NCBI RefSeq assembly: GCF_018350175.1
Contig: NC_058368.1
Location: 69,318,001 to 69,382,000, forward strand
Source: Felis catus
Lineage: Eukaryota
Direction: 5' to 3'
Length of the DNA stretch: 64,000 bases
The notes under the pieces were generated by a model. The model saw only the letters and a program-made list of their open reading frames with translations, ran no database searches and was not told where the DNA came from. The first letter of the stretch is position 1; each line of letters opens with the position of its first letter. Of this stretch, positions 40,094 through 51,954 are shown piece by piece. Position numbers and translations under genes: made by a program.

Positions 40094-40500
40094 AAATTGT
40101 GGTTTATATACACAATGGAGTACTACATGGCAATGAGAAAGAACGAAATATGGCCCTTTGTAGCAACGTGGATGGAACTGGAGAGTGTGATGCTAAGTGA
40201 AATAAGCCATACAGAGAAAGACAGATACCATATGTTTTCACTCTTATGTGGATCCTGAGAAACTTAACAGAAACCCATGGAGGAGGGGAAGGGAAAAAAA
40301 AAAAAAAAAGAGGTTAGAGTAGGAGAGAGCCAAAGCATAAGAGACTCTTAAAAACTGAGAACAAACTGAGGGTTGATGGGGGGTGGGAGGGAGGGGAGGG
40401 TGGGTGATGGGTATTGAGGAGGGCACCTTTTGGGATGAGCACTGGGTGTTGTATGGAAACCAGTTTGACAATAAATTTCATATATTGGAAAAAAAAAAAA
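40094..40500 (+). mobile_element. Young 5'-truncated feline LINE-1 (3' end)
   Basis: ORF2 C-terminal-like frame (LWFIYTMEYYMAMRKNEIWPFVATWMELESVMLSEISH), G-rich 3' UTR, AATAAA, poly-A, perfect 11-bp TSD AGAAATTCCTT. Confidence 0.93.
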
Positions 40501-40769
40501 AGAAATTCCTTTATACTGCAGTTCACTCTGACCTTCACTGGAGAATCTATTTTTCTAGAAAGAGCACTAGGTGTGTGCAACATAGATGAAAATTTTTCAG
40601 TGTGATACTTTTGTCTAAGGGGTTATGACCCATGTGGGAAATGTAATGGATTTTCTTTTGGAAAGTTGTGTTATTATACAAGAACCAAAATTGGGTAGCG
40701 GTGAGCACCTCTCTCTTCTGATAGCCACGAGAAACACCGGTGTTGATTTTCCCAAATATTTTCTTCCAG

Positions 40770-40853
40770 TTCATGCAAGATGCATCAGATGTGATGCAGC
40801 TCTTGTTGAAGACCCAGACGGACTTTAGCGATATGGAAGATGATGATCCCCAG
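40770..40853 (+). CDS. IPO5: IPO5 coding exon 15 ([10 protein letters not shown]...DDDPQ)
   Basis: ttcttccag| ... CAG|GTAAAG; 84 nt. Confidence 0.95.
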
Positions 40854-42210
40854 GTAAAGCAGCTTTCACATGTTCGCCTAGATGTACATCTAGTATAAAG
40901 TTAAATGTACTCAAAAAAAGAAATTGAGTGATAGTTTTCTTGAGATAATCCCTGGTTGCAGAGACGTTCTTCACTGGCTTTCCTTCTACTTCTCATGCCA
41001 TCTTTTTCTCAGTCTGCTCTGCCTGCCCTCTCCCCTGACTCTGGCTTTTGGCTTTTGGTTTTTTAGGTATTTTTATGCTCTTAGGGTTCTGTCTTAGGCC
41101 CTCTTCCCTCCTGAGCAGTGTCATCCACACCATGGCTTCAGTTTTCCTCCATGTGCTGTAACTGCCAGATCTTTCTCTCAATTCAGGGTTCACTGATCCC
41201 CCTGCTTACTAGACATCTCCATTTGGACGTCTCTCGGCCCTGTCATTGCCACATGACTTCCCACAAACCTCTGCTTTTTTCTTTTTGCCCATGAGCACAC
41301 ATTCATGTCACCCCTGCCCCATGCAGCCTGACTAATCCCAGCTCATATTTCAAGGCCAGTATAAGTCTTGATAGTGGATCCTTATGACACAGTGTTGTAA
41401 ATTGTAAGTGTGTGTCATGGTCCTAATAGTATTCACAATGCCTAATGAATAACAGCGACTCCATAAATAATTGCTGGGTTACATTTGGACTTTACATGGC
41501 CATATCATTATTTCCTATGAACTTAGATTGTTTTTTCTTTTATGTGTGTGTGTGTGGTTTTTTTGTTTGTTTTAGAGTAGGTGTGGAGAATACGTGTGTA
41601 TACGCACGTGAGATATGTTAGTAAAAATCAACTCACTTTCTGGGTTACAGGGATGATGAATTAGAACTAGATCCTCTGTTGGTGGTTTGCAGGTGATTCA
41701 GACTATGTAAACACAGTAGTAGAAGAGGTGTCTTAAAAACACCCAGCCACTTACACAGAAAATTGAAACAGCTAGGAGAAAGGGATGTTTTCTCGGGTGT
41801 TAATACATGTTTAATGAATGGAATGCTAGGCAGTAAAGATACAGTCAGATAAAATATGTTCTTGTCTTCAAAAAATGTAGGGCCTAGGAGTTAAAATGGT
41901 TAAGTAGATTTTATATATGTGACTCAGATGCTATTAGAGAAAATTATATATTGCTTCTTGAAAGTAAGAAAAAAATAAGACACAGTCCTGGTCTTCCTCT
42001 TTTCCCTCACCTGCTCTCTCTATCCCAGGGTAAAGGTTCACAGTGATTTTATTTCTGAATGTTTTAAGTATATGACCCTAGGAAATGTACTTTCTGCTTG
42101 AAGAGCTATGAATGTGAAATAAAACATTGTTTGTATGAAATAGGGAAATGGCTTCTTTGTGATTGTCTATTTACCATTGTTTTGAAACCAATTTTAATTT
42201 TTTTCCCCAG

Positions 42211-42343
42211 ATCTCTTACATGATCTCAGCATGGGCCAGAATGTGCAAAATTCTTGGAAAAGAATTTCAGCAGTACCTTCCAGTGGTTATGGGGCCTTTA
42301 ATGAAGACTGCTTCAATTAAGCCTGAAGTAGCCCTTTTAGATA
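42211..42343 (+). CDS. IPO5: IPO5 coding exon 16 ([13 protein letters not shown]...ALLD)
   Basis: ttttccccag| ... A|GTAGGT; 133 nt. Confidence 0.95.
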
Positions 42344-42430
42344 GTAGGTGTCTTCATGAAGACATAACAGTTGTAAAATTCCTCCCTGTGATTATTTTTA
42401 ATGTGAATTTGTTTTCTTCCTTGTTAATAG

Positions 42431-42552
42431 CCCAAGACATGGAAAACATGAGTGATGATGACGGTTGGGAGTTTGTGAACCTTGGAGATCAGCAAAGTTT
42501 TGGTATTAAAACTGCAGGACTGGAAGAAAAGTCCACTGCTTGTCAGATGCTG
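42431..42552 (+). CDS. IPO5: IPO5 coding exon 17 ([15 protein letters not shown]...CQML)
   Basis: ttgttaatag| ... CTG|GTGAGT; 122 nt. Confidence 0.95.
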
Positions 42553-43470
42553 GTGAGTGCGTATAGTGTTTATCAGACTTCAGTTGACGAGTTCTTAGAA
42601 CACATTCATACACACATTTCAGAGGAGTGCCTCCCATAGATGTTAAAGAAATTATTTGAAGAGCAGGAATATATTCTTTAAAAAATAAAATGTAGAGACA
42701 TTTTGACCCAACATTTCCACTTCTGGATAAAGAAATCACGTAGGTAAACTTCATGATCACTGCTGTTTCTAATAACAACAACAAAAATGAAAAGCCTGAA
42801 TGCCTGTTATCAGGAAGCTAATAATTATTGTACCCAGCTGATACAAAGCTATGTTGGGGCAAGGATTTTTGTCTGTTCTGTGCTTCGTGTATAGTAGATA
42901 AGATGACCAAGGAATATTTTTTGAATGAATGAATGAACAGAAATGTGCTCATGCTACTGAAAATATAACTGGTATGATGTCAGTCATATAAAAAATATAA
43001 ACATGGTAGGGACATCAAAATGTTGACAGTAATTACCTCTTGCAGTGTCATGAGGTCTTGTGTGCAAGTTCTCTTTGAGGTTGTTTTTTTGTTTGGTTTT
43101 TTCCCTCCCCTTCCCCTTTATGAGCATGTGTTACAGACAGGGACAATAATCTATTTTTCTTAAAGGTAGAATTAAGAAATTATGGTATATTACAAACTTA
43201 GCAGATGAGTAAGCCCAAATAAAAGTTAATAACTTAAATTTTATCTTGCATTAATAAAGCATTGTTGTATTTACCAGTTCATTTAAACTTATATTTCTTG
43301 AACATATTTCTATCATCAGTACTTACTATATATTGTAAACATTTATGCCTATAATATAATTCATAGACATTTTGGATTTTTGTGGTATCTTTCAACTAGA
43401 GAGTAAATGTAAATGTAACATCTCTAAACAAAATTATCAAATCTTTTAATGTGGAAGAAAGTAAAGAAAC

Positions 43471-43660
43471 TTTTTTTTTTAAGTTTGTTTAGTTTGAGAG
43501 AGAGCACACGAGCAGGGGAAGAACAGAGAGAGAGAATCCCAAGCAGGCTCCATGCTGACAGCATGACACAGGGCTCACTCAGTCCCACGAACCATGAGAT
43601 GGTGACCTGAGCCAAAACCAAGAGTCAGCTACTTAACCGACTGAGCCACTCAAGCACCCC
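43471..43660 (-). mobile_element. CAN-SINE
   Basis: Reverse SINE body ending gccactcaagcacccc. Confidence 0.85.
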
Positions 43661-44134
43661 GAGAAACAATTATTTTTAAAGCAGCATTATTTTTCTGTTT
43701 CACTGATGAAATGATTCTTTTATTACAAAATAACATAAGCCTATTTGCAGATTTACAGAGTGATACGCTACAATTAAGTGTTCGGGTTTTTATATCTTTT
43801 TAAAGTATTTTTCTTCAATGATATATTTTGTTTGAAGTACCTCAGAGTGCTGAAACTTTTGCACCATTCTCCCACACACAACACCAAAAACGTGGGGTGT
43901 TCCGGTCTTTGAATGACAGCGTATACTGCAGTCACACCAAGGCCCTTTCCCTTTGTACAGCTTTTTCTACATTTATATTTGTATTTCCCAGATACTTTTC
44001 ACAGTCCTGCATGCAGCTCTAAGTGTACTTCCAGTCAGGGTACAGCATTCTGTGGTCCTTACGATACTGCTATTTAATAAATGTTAGTACCTAAAAACTA
44101 ACATGGATCTTGATTTCTGATACTTTGGTTTCAG

Positions 44135-44231
44135 GTTTGCTATGCTAAAGAGTTAAAGGAAGGCTTTGTGGAATACACTGAACAAGTTGTCAAACTGATG
44201 GTCCCTCTACTGAAATTTTATTTCCATGATG
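44135..44231 (+). CDS. IPO5: IPO5 coding exon 18 ([11 protein letters not shown]...FYFHD)
   Basis: ggtttcag| ... G|ATATCCT (U12-type donor); 97 nt. Confidence 0.95.
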
Positions 44232-45867
44232 ATATCCTATAATTTTTGAATGCAAAACATTTCTAGAATTAGTTAAATTGTAGCTTGAGTGTTTGACTTT
44301 GTGTTAACTGATGTGTGCTTCACTATGATTGTTTGCACTAACTGTAATTTAAGATTGTAAACTACATTTTTTGCAGGTGCTTTAGTGTCATGGTTTTTGT
44401 GCCAAAAACAAGAAGAAAATGTTACCTATTTTCTAGTTGACAGCTTTTTCTGTGAACCACTGGAAAGATTTTAAGGATTGATATTTTTAGCAAATGTTTG
44501 TAGTTGTATATAAGAACTTTTCTCAAATATCTGTTGGTGGTGTTAAGCTAAGACTTTTTTATAATTTTTTTTTCAACGTTTCTTTTTTGAGAGACCGAGC
44601 ACGAGAGGGGGAGGGGCAGAGAGAGAGAGGGAAGCACAGAATCTAAAGCAGGCTCTAGGCTCTGAGCTGTCAGCACAGGCCCAACACAGGGCTCGAACTC
44701 ACGAACGGTGAGATCATGACCTAAGCCGAAGTCGGACACTTAACCGACTGAGCAACCCAGGTGCCCCGAAACTAAGAGTTTTCTTAATAGGTTAAGAGAC
44801 CCGCTGATAACTTTCTGTGGCCTAGTCCTGCATTTCAAATGTGGGTATCACCTTGGAGAAACCTTTCTTGATAAATCTGCATGTTAAATGTTTTCCTTCC
44901 TAACATGATTGTCGTAATTAATACATGGAAACATTTTTAGGCCTTAACACACACACACAATTTCGTAGATGGGTTTAAAAAAAAGGGACAGCCCAACAGA
45001 GTGGTTGAGGCCAAACTCAGATCTTCCTGACTCCAGAGCCCCTTTGTTTTAGTTCCTCATGCAGTATCCTGTAGTGGTATCCTTTACAGAAGATGGCTTT
45101 TGCCCAAGAGAAACTTACCATGATGAGAGAGGACAAAGGGAAGTCTCACGACCTGATGTCACAACTGACACTAGATAGGGAGGGGCAGCTTGGTCTTCAT
45201 TGAAACTGAAAAGGCTCTGACAGGAGAACTTAATTAGTGTTCCCAGGAGAAATACAGCTTTGGTTGCATTTATTAGTAACATTTTTTTTAATTTTCTTTT
45301 TTAAAGTTTGTTTATTTTGAGAGAATGAGCAGTGGGGGCAGAGGGGGGGCGGGTATAGGAAGAGGGAGAGAGAAAATGCCAAGCAGGCTCCACGCTGTCA
45401 GTGTGGAGCCTGACATGGGGCTCACACTCAAAACTGAGATCATGACCTGAGCCAAAACCAAGAGTCAGACACTTACCAACTGAGTGCCACCCCCCCACCA
45501 GGCTTCCCATTAGAAATATATATTGCATAAGTTTGGGGATGAGAACATACTAAGATATGCTCTAAGGGTCCCAGAACCTTTTACAATCATTTCTGTGTTT
45601 GCAGGTCACATTTGAGACTCACTGCTGTATTGTAGGTGACAGAAAAGACAGGGATAAGTCATATGGCCAGGGAGATGTCTGTTTTTATACACACGATATA
45701 TTTAACACAAGCTCCTGGATAGCAGTCTCAGATAATCTGGCCATATGACTGGCACTCGGTGAACACTTTAACATTTACGTAAGCAGAATGAGAGAACAAT
45801 CTTTCAAGGAGAGGAATTACACTAAGTGTGTTTGAAAGTATTGATTACGTTTCCTTAACAATAAAAC
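44232..45867 (+). other. IPO5: U12-type (minor spliceosome) AT-AC intron, 1636 nt
   Basis: 5' end ATATCCTAT, branch sequence TTTCCTTAAC at 45850-45859, 3' end AC, no polypyrimidine tract. Splicing restores [12 protein letters not shown] in frame. Confidence 0.95.
44555..45508 (-). mobile_element. Two minus-strand CAN-SINEs inside the U12 intron (44555-44767, 45282-45508)
   Basis: Reverse SINE bodies with poly-T leaders. Confidence 0.85.
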
Positions 45868-46040
45868 GTGTTCGAGTGGCGGCAGCAGAATCCATGCCTC
45901 TTCTCCTGGAATGTGCGAGAGTTCGTGGTCCTGAGTATCTCACACAGATGTGGCATTTTATGTGTGATGCTCTAATCAAGGCCATTGGCACAGAACCAGA
46001 CTCAGATGTCCTCTCAGAAATAATGCATTCTTTTGCAAAG
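45868..46040 (+). CDS. IPO5: IPO5 coding exon 19 ([13 protein letters not shown]...HSFAK)
   Basis: ataaaAC| ... AAG|GTAAAT; 173 nt. Confidence 0.95.
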
Positions 46041-46984
46041 GTAAATATTCTTCTCTTAAAAGTATGTATAAGGTTGTATGTTCATATATTAGTCTTGCTA
46101 AAAATAAATAAAATTCTATCTTATAACAAGTGATTTTTTTTTATTTACTGAAAATGTTTCTTTCTTATTTTAACGTTTTAGTCCAGTCTTGATAAGTTGC
46201 CACCGTCATTTACCTAATAATCCAACTGCAGAATCTTGGCTCATCTCCAGCTCACACCTACTTTCTGTCCTATTCTCTCCTAGATGCCTCTGCTCTTCAT
46301 TTTCCCTTATGTCTTCTCTGTGCTGAGATCGCCTCCTTTGGTCTGCTCCCGATGTCTCTCTCCTTTCTTTCCCTCCCAGTTCATTCTCCTTTTCTCAGGC
46401 ATGAACTTGCTCAATACTTGCACTCCTCTTCCCAATATTCCTGGTCACCCCCATTGTTCACGGCTCCATGGTCTGCTCCACAGTTTGGTTTAAAAATTCT
46501 TCATTACCTTTCATTTGTCCCCATTTACACTCTTACAGTTCACATTTCTTCTATTTTAACAAAGGAGGCCCCCCTGGGCCTTTGTGCATGTGATTTCCTC
46601 GGCCTGTAGTGCCCTCCCAGCACCCCCTTTCCTTTCTCCCCACTGTGTTTGTGTAGACCGTGTGTGTGGTAATTGAGCTCCTCAGAAGCTGGATAGTCTG
46701 CTCCATCTTTGAGATGTCAGCTCCTAGCAGTAATGCCTGGCATTTAAGATCTGCTCAGGACATGTTCAAAATAAAAATATTTTTTAAATTATTTTCTTTG
46801 AAGTACTGTCATACGAACATACACCAAGCAAGTGTAATCTAGTCATTTAATCGTTAGTCTTCAACCGTACTGAGTTATGTTAATTTTTCTCATGTTTCCG
46901 TGTTATTCTTAACAGAACTTAACTGTTGACTCTTAAAACACTTAAATCTCATGGGTTGCTTTCTTTCCTCAATTTCATCATTAG

Positions 46985-47096
46985 TGCATTGAAGTAATGG
47001 GAGATGGATGCCTTAATAATGAACATTTTGAAGAGTTGGGAGGCATATTGAAAGCTAAACTCGAAGAACATTTTAAAAATCAAGAATTGCGGCAAG
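46985..47096 (+). CDS. IPO5: IPO5 coding exon 20 ([10 protein letters not shown]...QELRQ)
   Basis: catcattag| ... AAG|GTAAGT; 112 nt. Confidence 0.95.
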
Positions 47097-47183
47097 GTAA
47101 GTTCTCCACACTTTTATTTCTGAATGTAATCCTTGACCGTTTTGGCGACCATTTAAAAAGACATTTATTTGGGTGTGTTTTAG

Positions 47184-47239
47184 TTAAAAGACAAGATGAA
47201 GACTATGATGAACAGGTGGAAGAGTCACTACAAGATGAG
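47184..47239 (+). CDS. IPO5: IPO5 coding exon 21 ([19 protein letters not shown])
   Basis: gtgttttag| ... GAG|GTAAAT; 56 nt. Confidence 0.95.
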
Positions 47240-47835
47240 GTAAATTATTCCCTTCAGAACTTAATTTGTATGATCATTTGCATCTGGAACATTTTTAAAT
47301 GCTTAAGTTTCTAATTCATTTCTGACTTGTCATTCTGATGTAATTATCGGTAATTTTTAGCAGAAGAATCTGACATGTATTTCATTTACTAATCTAGAGA
47401 ATAAGTAATTGCAGTTAGCTGATTTGTGTTTTGGATGCTGTGTGTTTTTGCTGCAATACCTCCCACATGACAGCACTTCTAAGTTCACCTAGTGTTTCTT
47501 TTATATATGCCTCTCAGCAAATTTTTATTGGCTGGCGTATTCACTGTTTTAAAGATTAGTGGACTCAAAGTCAGGTGTTAAATGACTGTCTAAAGCCACA
47601 CACTGCCGCGAGTCTAGGGCTTAAGGCCAGATCTTTTTGTAACAACAGCTGTCTTTCTACCAGATCACAGGATAGTGAGAATTTCCTTATAAATAATACA
47701 CATGCAGTGGTTGAAATAAGTCTTCTACGTTGCTTTGTTCAGTTCTCTCCTCATCAAACCATTTGATGCCATCAGATGTATTTCAGCTGCATATTTAGGT
47801 TCCAGGATGTGGCACGTAGCCATCCTGGTGGACCA

Positions 47836-47983
47836 GTGCTCCCATGCTCGGGTCATCCCCTTTCTGTGCAGGGTGCTCCCACGCGTGGCTCATCCCTTTT
47901 CTGTGCGGGGTGCTCCCGCACACGGCTCATCCCCTTTCTGTGTGGGGTGGTCCATCCCTTTCTGTGCAGGGTGCTCCCATGCT
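47836..47983 (+). repeat. 37-bp minisatellite, about 4 copies
   Basis: Unit gtgctcccatgctcgggtcatcccctttctgtgcagg starting at 47836, 47873, 47910, 47947 (internally deleted) and 47971 (partial). Confidence 0.9.
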
Positions 47984-48357
47984 GACACACACAAATTGCT
48001 CCCAGGGATGAGGTGTTGTCAGTTAACTGACCCCACATCTCTCCACCCATCTGCTCCAAAATTAGAAACATTCTTGCAGAAAGCAAAAAATACTACTGAA
48101 GTAAAAACACTTCTGTTTCAGAATTTGAAATGTAAGTATGTTCCAAGGAAAGTCTTTGGAGGAAGTGCAGTACTGGCCGCACTTCTCTTTCTGTCAGCAG
48201 GTGGGAGGCGTGACACCCAGCCGTAGAGGTGCCCTTACAGTGATGAGTAGTTTAATTTCTGCATTTGCTAGATTTTTGTAAATGAATGTTACTGTTAGCA
48301 GTAGTAGTGGAGATGCCTTTTGATACATATGGGTGTTGTGTGTGTTTTTGTTTTTAG

Positions 48358-48480
48358 GATGATAACGATGTTTATATTCTGACCAAAGTGTCAGACATTT
48401 TACACTCAATATTCAGTAGCTACAAGGAAAAGGTGTTACCATGGTTTGAACAGCTGCTCCCGTTAATTGTCAACCTAATT
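48358..48480 (+). CDS. IPO5: IPO5 coding exon 22 ([10 protein letters not shown]...IVNLI)
   Basis: tgtttttag| ... |GTAAGT; 123 nt. Confidence 0.95.
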
Positions 48481-49351
48481 GTAAGTGTTACCTCTCTTTG
48501 ACCGTTATTTTAGATAGTTGACCTGGGATTGTTTCAGTGCAGCACTTGAAAACACACTTCTAGGTTAAAATGGACCTTAGAAAACCCTAAGAAATTTCCA
48601 TGATTTTATCAGGTTTATTGCATTGCCCTTGATATTTTCTCATTTGATACATGCTAGAAGTTTGCTAATTAGGTTTTCCGTAGTTCAGTTAAATCAGAAT
48701 GCATTCCAAAGACATACAAATGACTTTTCATTATTTCAGGTTATCCGTGCCCTGCTCAGTTATCAACATAATTAGTTTTTTTCAGTGGACCCTAGAGGAC
48801 TCCCTTAAAATCCTTGTTACATACAGCCAGCAATCATAGATTCTGCATGATGGCCTTATGTATTCAGTCTTTAAAATACACATGAAAAGCAATCAATAGA
48901 AATTTGTCTCACTTTGGCTTTTAATCTTGTATTTAGTAGTGCAGCACGTTTTTTTTAAAAACTTAGGTACATAGGACTTAACCTGTTGAGTGGATATATA
49001 AAGTTAACATCGTCATAACTTTTGTTGTTCTTTAAATACAGCATTATCATTGTCTTTTTTGTGAATTAAATGTACCTATGTTGTTGCTGCTGTTGGTTCT
49101 TCCGGTATATGCTGATATCAAATTGTGGGATTTTATTAAAAAATCATACAAAGTCTTTTAAACCTGTACTTCCTTAAGTCTGTGTTGTAATTTGAGGATT
49201 CACAAGAAGTGATTATTACTGTGTTTTTCGTTGCCTGTATCTGGAATATCCATGTAAGCTTATCACTTACATGATAGCCTATAGTGAATTTTTTTTTAAC
49301 GTTCTTCGTGTACTCCAGTATTCAGAGCTTAAAAGATTATCTCTTTTATAG

Positions 49352-49571
49352 TGTCCACATAGACCATGGCCAGACAGACAATGGGGATTGTGCATCTTTG
49401 ATGATGTCATAGAACACTGTAGTCCAGCCTCTTTTAAATACGCAGAATATTTTTTAAGGCCGATGCTCCAATATGTGTGCGACAGCAGCCCCGAAGTGAG
49501 GCAAGCAGCTGCGTATGGCCTGGGTGTCATGGCACAGTACGGTGGAGAGAACTACCGGCCTTTCTGTACAG
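49352..49571 (+). CDS. IPO5: IPO5 coding exon 23 ([12 protein letters not shown]...PFCT)
   Basis: cttttatag| ... CAG|GTACTT; 220 nt. Confidence 0.95.
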
Positions 49572-50183
49572 GTACTTTCTTCTGCTCGGTCCCAGGCATC
49601 CCTTTTATCGCTCTCTCGTTCTCTTTTCCACATCCCCAAACATTATAGCTATTTCTGCTGTGTTCTTCTTCCCTTTTTCAAACGTCTCACCTATAACATA
49701 TACAAATTGACCGTCTTTATTCTCGGAGATACGGAAATGAAATCTGAGTGGAATCAGAGCCTCCCCACCCCCATCCTCCAGAGTAGAGTTCATTTTGGGC
49801 TTGGGAGGTACACCCCAGCTGCGGCATAGGACTTTTAAAACATATGGGGGTCCCTGTAAAGCCAGCGCAGGAATACAGCTGGAGGCTTTTAAAAGCTTGA
49901 AGTACCCTGAGATGATCGGGAATTGAATGTTGAGTCTGCCGACCTCTTGGGCTCCCAGTTAGTGGAGCACTGATGCTCCAGCCCATGCCGGGGCAATCCT
50001 CCTTTCCTTCTTAGGTCTGGCTCTGCAGCCGAGAAAACAAAACGGGCTGGACACTTCAATAATTCTTCACTACAATCGATAACTGGACCGAAGATAAAAA
50101 GAAATATTTATATAAAAAATACTGGCTTTGCATGAAAATGTGAGGTTTTAAAAAACTGACCTTTTTGCAATTGCTTATTTTAG

Positions 50184-50412
50184 AAGCACTTCCACTGCTG
50201 GTAAGAGTTATTCAGTCTGCTGATTCTAAGACCAAAGAAAACGTCAATGCCACAGAGAACTGCATCTCAGCAGTGGGGAAGATTATGAAGTTCAAGCCTG
50301 ACTGTGTGAACGTGGAAGAAGTCCTGCCTCACTGGTTGTCTTGGCTTCCACTACATGAGGATAAAGAAGAAGCTGTTCAGACTTTCAATTATCTGTGTGA
50401 CTTGATCGAAAG
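50184..50412 (+). CDS. IPO5: IPO5 coding exon 24 ([11 protein letters not shown]...DLIES)
   Basis: ttattttag| ... AAG|GTAAGA; 229 nt. Confidence 0.95.
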
Positions 50413-50626
50413 GTAAGAAAAAGGACAAATAGACCTCACTTTCTTCCTCTCTAAACAGTGTTTCCTGTGCACAGCCCCTCAGATGTATAGGTTTCTAATA
50501 ATGTTGTCTTTAAAACCGTATCACAGTTAACGCTGCCTTACAGTTAGATCTAGTTTGACTTGTTCTTTATGGAATTCAACAGATGAGGCATTATAGAACA
50601 TAATGTTTTAAGAAGATTCTCTTTCA

Positions 50627-51198
50627 AGGGTGTCTGCGTGGCTCGGGTTAAACATCCAACTCTTTTTTTTTTTTTTTTTTTTTTAACCGTTCATAGCGGT
50701 GCCTGGATGGCTCAGTTGATTAAGTGTTCAACTTCCACTTAGATCATGATCTCAAAGTTCGGGAGCTCGAGCCCCGTGTCAGTTCTGTGCTGACAGCTCA
50801 GAGCCTGGAGCCTGCTTTGGATGCTGTGTCTCCTTCTGTCTTCCCTCCCCCATTCACGCTCTGTCATTCTTTCTCAAAATTTTAATGTTTGTTTGTTTGT
50901 TTGTTTGTTTGTTTGTTTGTGAGAGAGAGAGAGTGCATGCACATGCAAGCAGGGGAGGGGCAAAGAGAGAATCCAAAGCAGGCTCCGTGCTGTCAGCACA
51001 AAGCCCGATATGGAGCTCGAATTCACGAACCATGAGGTTATGACCCGAGCCAAAGTCAGATGCTCAACTGACTGAGCTGGCCAGGTGCCCCAGGCATCTG
51101 ACTCTTGCTCTCAGCTTGGGTCCCTTCTCAGGGTCATGAGTTTGAGCTCCACACTGGGCTCCACACTTGGCATTGGAGTCTACTTAAAAAAAAAAAAA
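50627..51198. mobile_element. Three-level nested CAN-SINE complex
   Basis: Outer + SINE split at catc(ca/tg)actctt; an inner - SINE; a + SINE within the T tail of the inner copy. Confidence 0.8.
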
Positions 51199-51954
51199 GT
51201 TTCCCTTTTAATGTTGTTGCCCGTTTATGTCACCAAAATGTCACCCCATTTATCTCTTGTTTATTTATTTGGCTTTAGATTCTTTTTTTAATCTCCGCTT
51301 TACAGAAGTAGAATTGACATGTATCATGTGTTAGTATAATGAGATCAAAGTATGTCATTAGCACCATGGTTTTTGGATTCAAGAATCAGTGGTATAAGGA
51401 AAGTATTCCAGTTGGGTAATCAAGATCTGGCCCTGGGCTCTGGCATTATTAATGCTCTTTTGTGTCCATGAGTATATCTAAGAATTGCAACAACCTGGAG
51501 GCTACAGAAGCTATCAAATCAAAGGCATGTTCTGTGGTGTGTTTTTCTAAGTCCAAGTTCTCCTAAATGTTAATCAGATCAAGGCTCTGTCACTACTAAT
51601 TACTGCTTTTATTCATGAATAACTCCAAGGGCTACAACCACTCATCTGGAATTCGTAGAAATAGGCCAGTGAGCATATTCCTTCATCTCTGTTTAAGTTC
51701 AGGTTCACACAAGTATATTTGTGTGTTCCCACTGAGAACTGTCATTAAGGGATGTGCTAACCCTGGTGGAGACTGCACACTCCTTATCTACTACTGCCTT
51801 TGAAGTGACCACTTCTCCATCATGCTGTTTGATCATCTCCCTTGGAAAGGACTGTTGTGAAATTCTCTTAATGACAAAGACTGGAATCCCAGTTAAATAC
51901 ACTGTTATGTTTCTTTCCATTAAACTTGCCTGACGTTTACTTCCTGGCTTACTC

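Noticed and set aside
41592..41609. Near-palindrome acgtgtgtatacgcacgt
   Set aside because: Short alternating purine-pyrimidine tract with no supporting context.
47836..47983. Repeat array superficially like CRISPR
   Set aside because: Head-to-tail minisatellite with no unique spacers, in a mammalian intron, with no cas genes.
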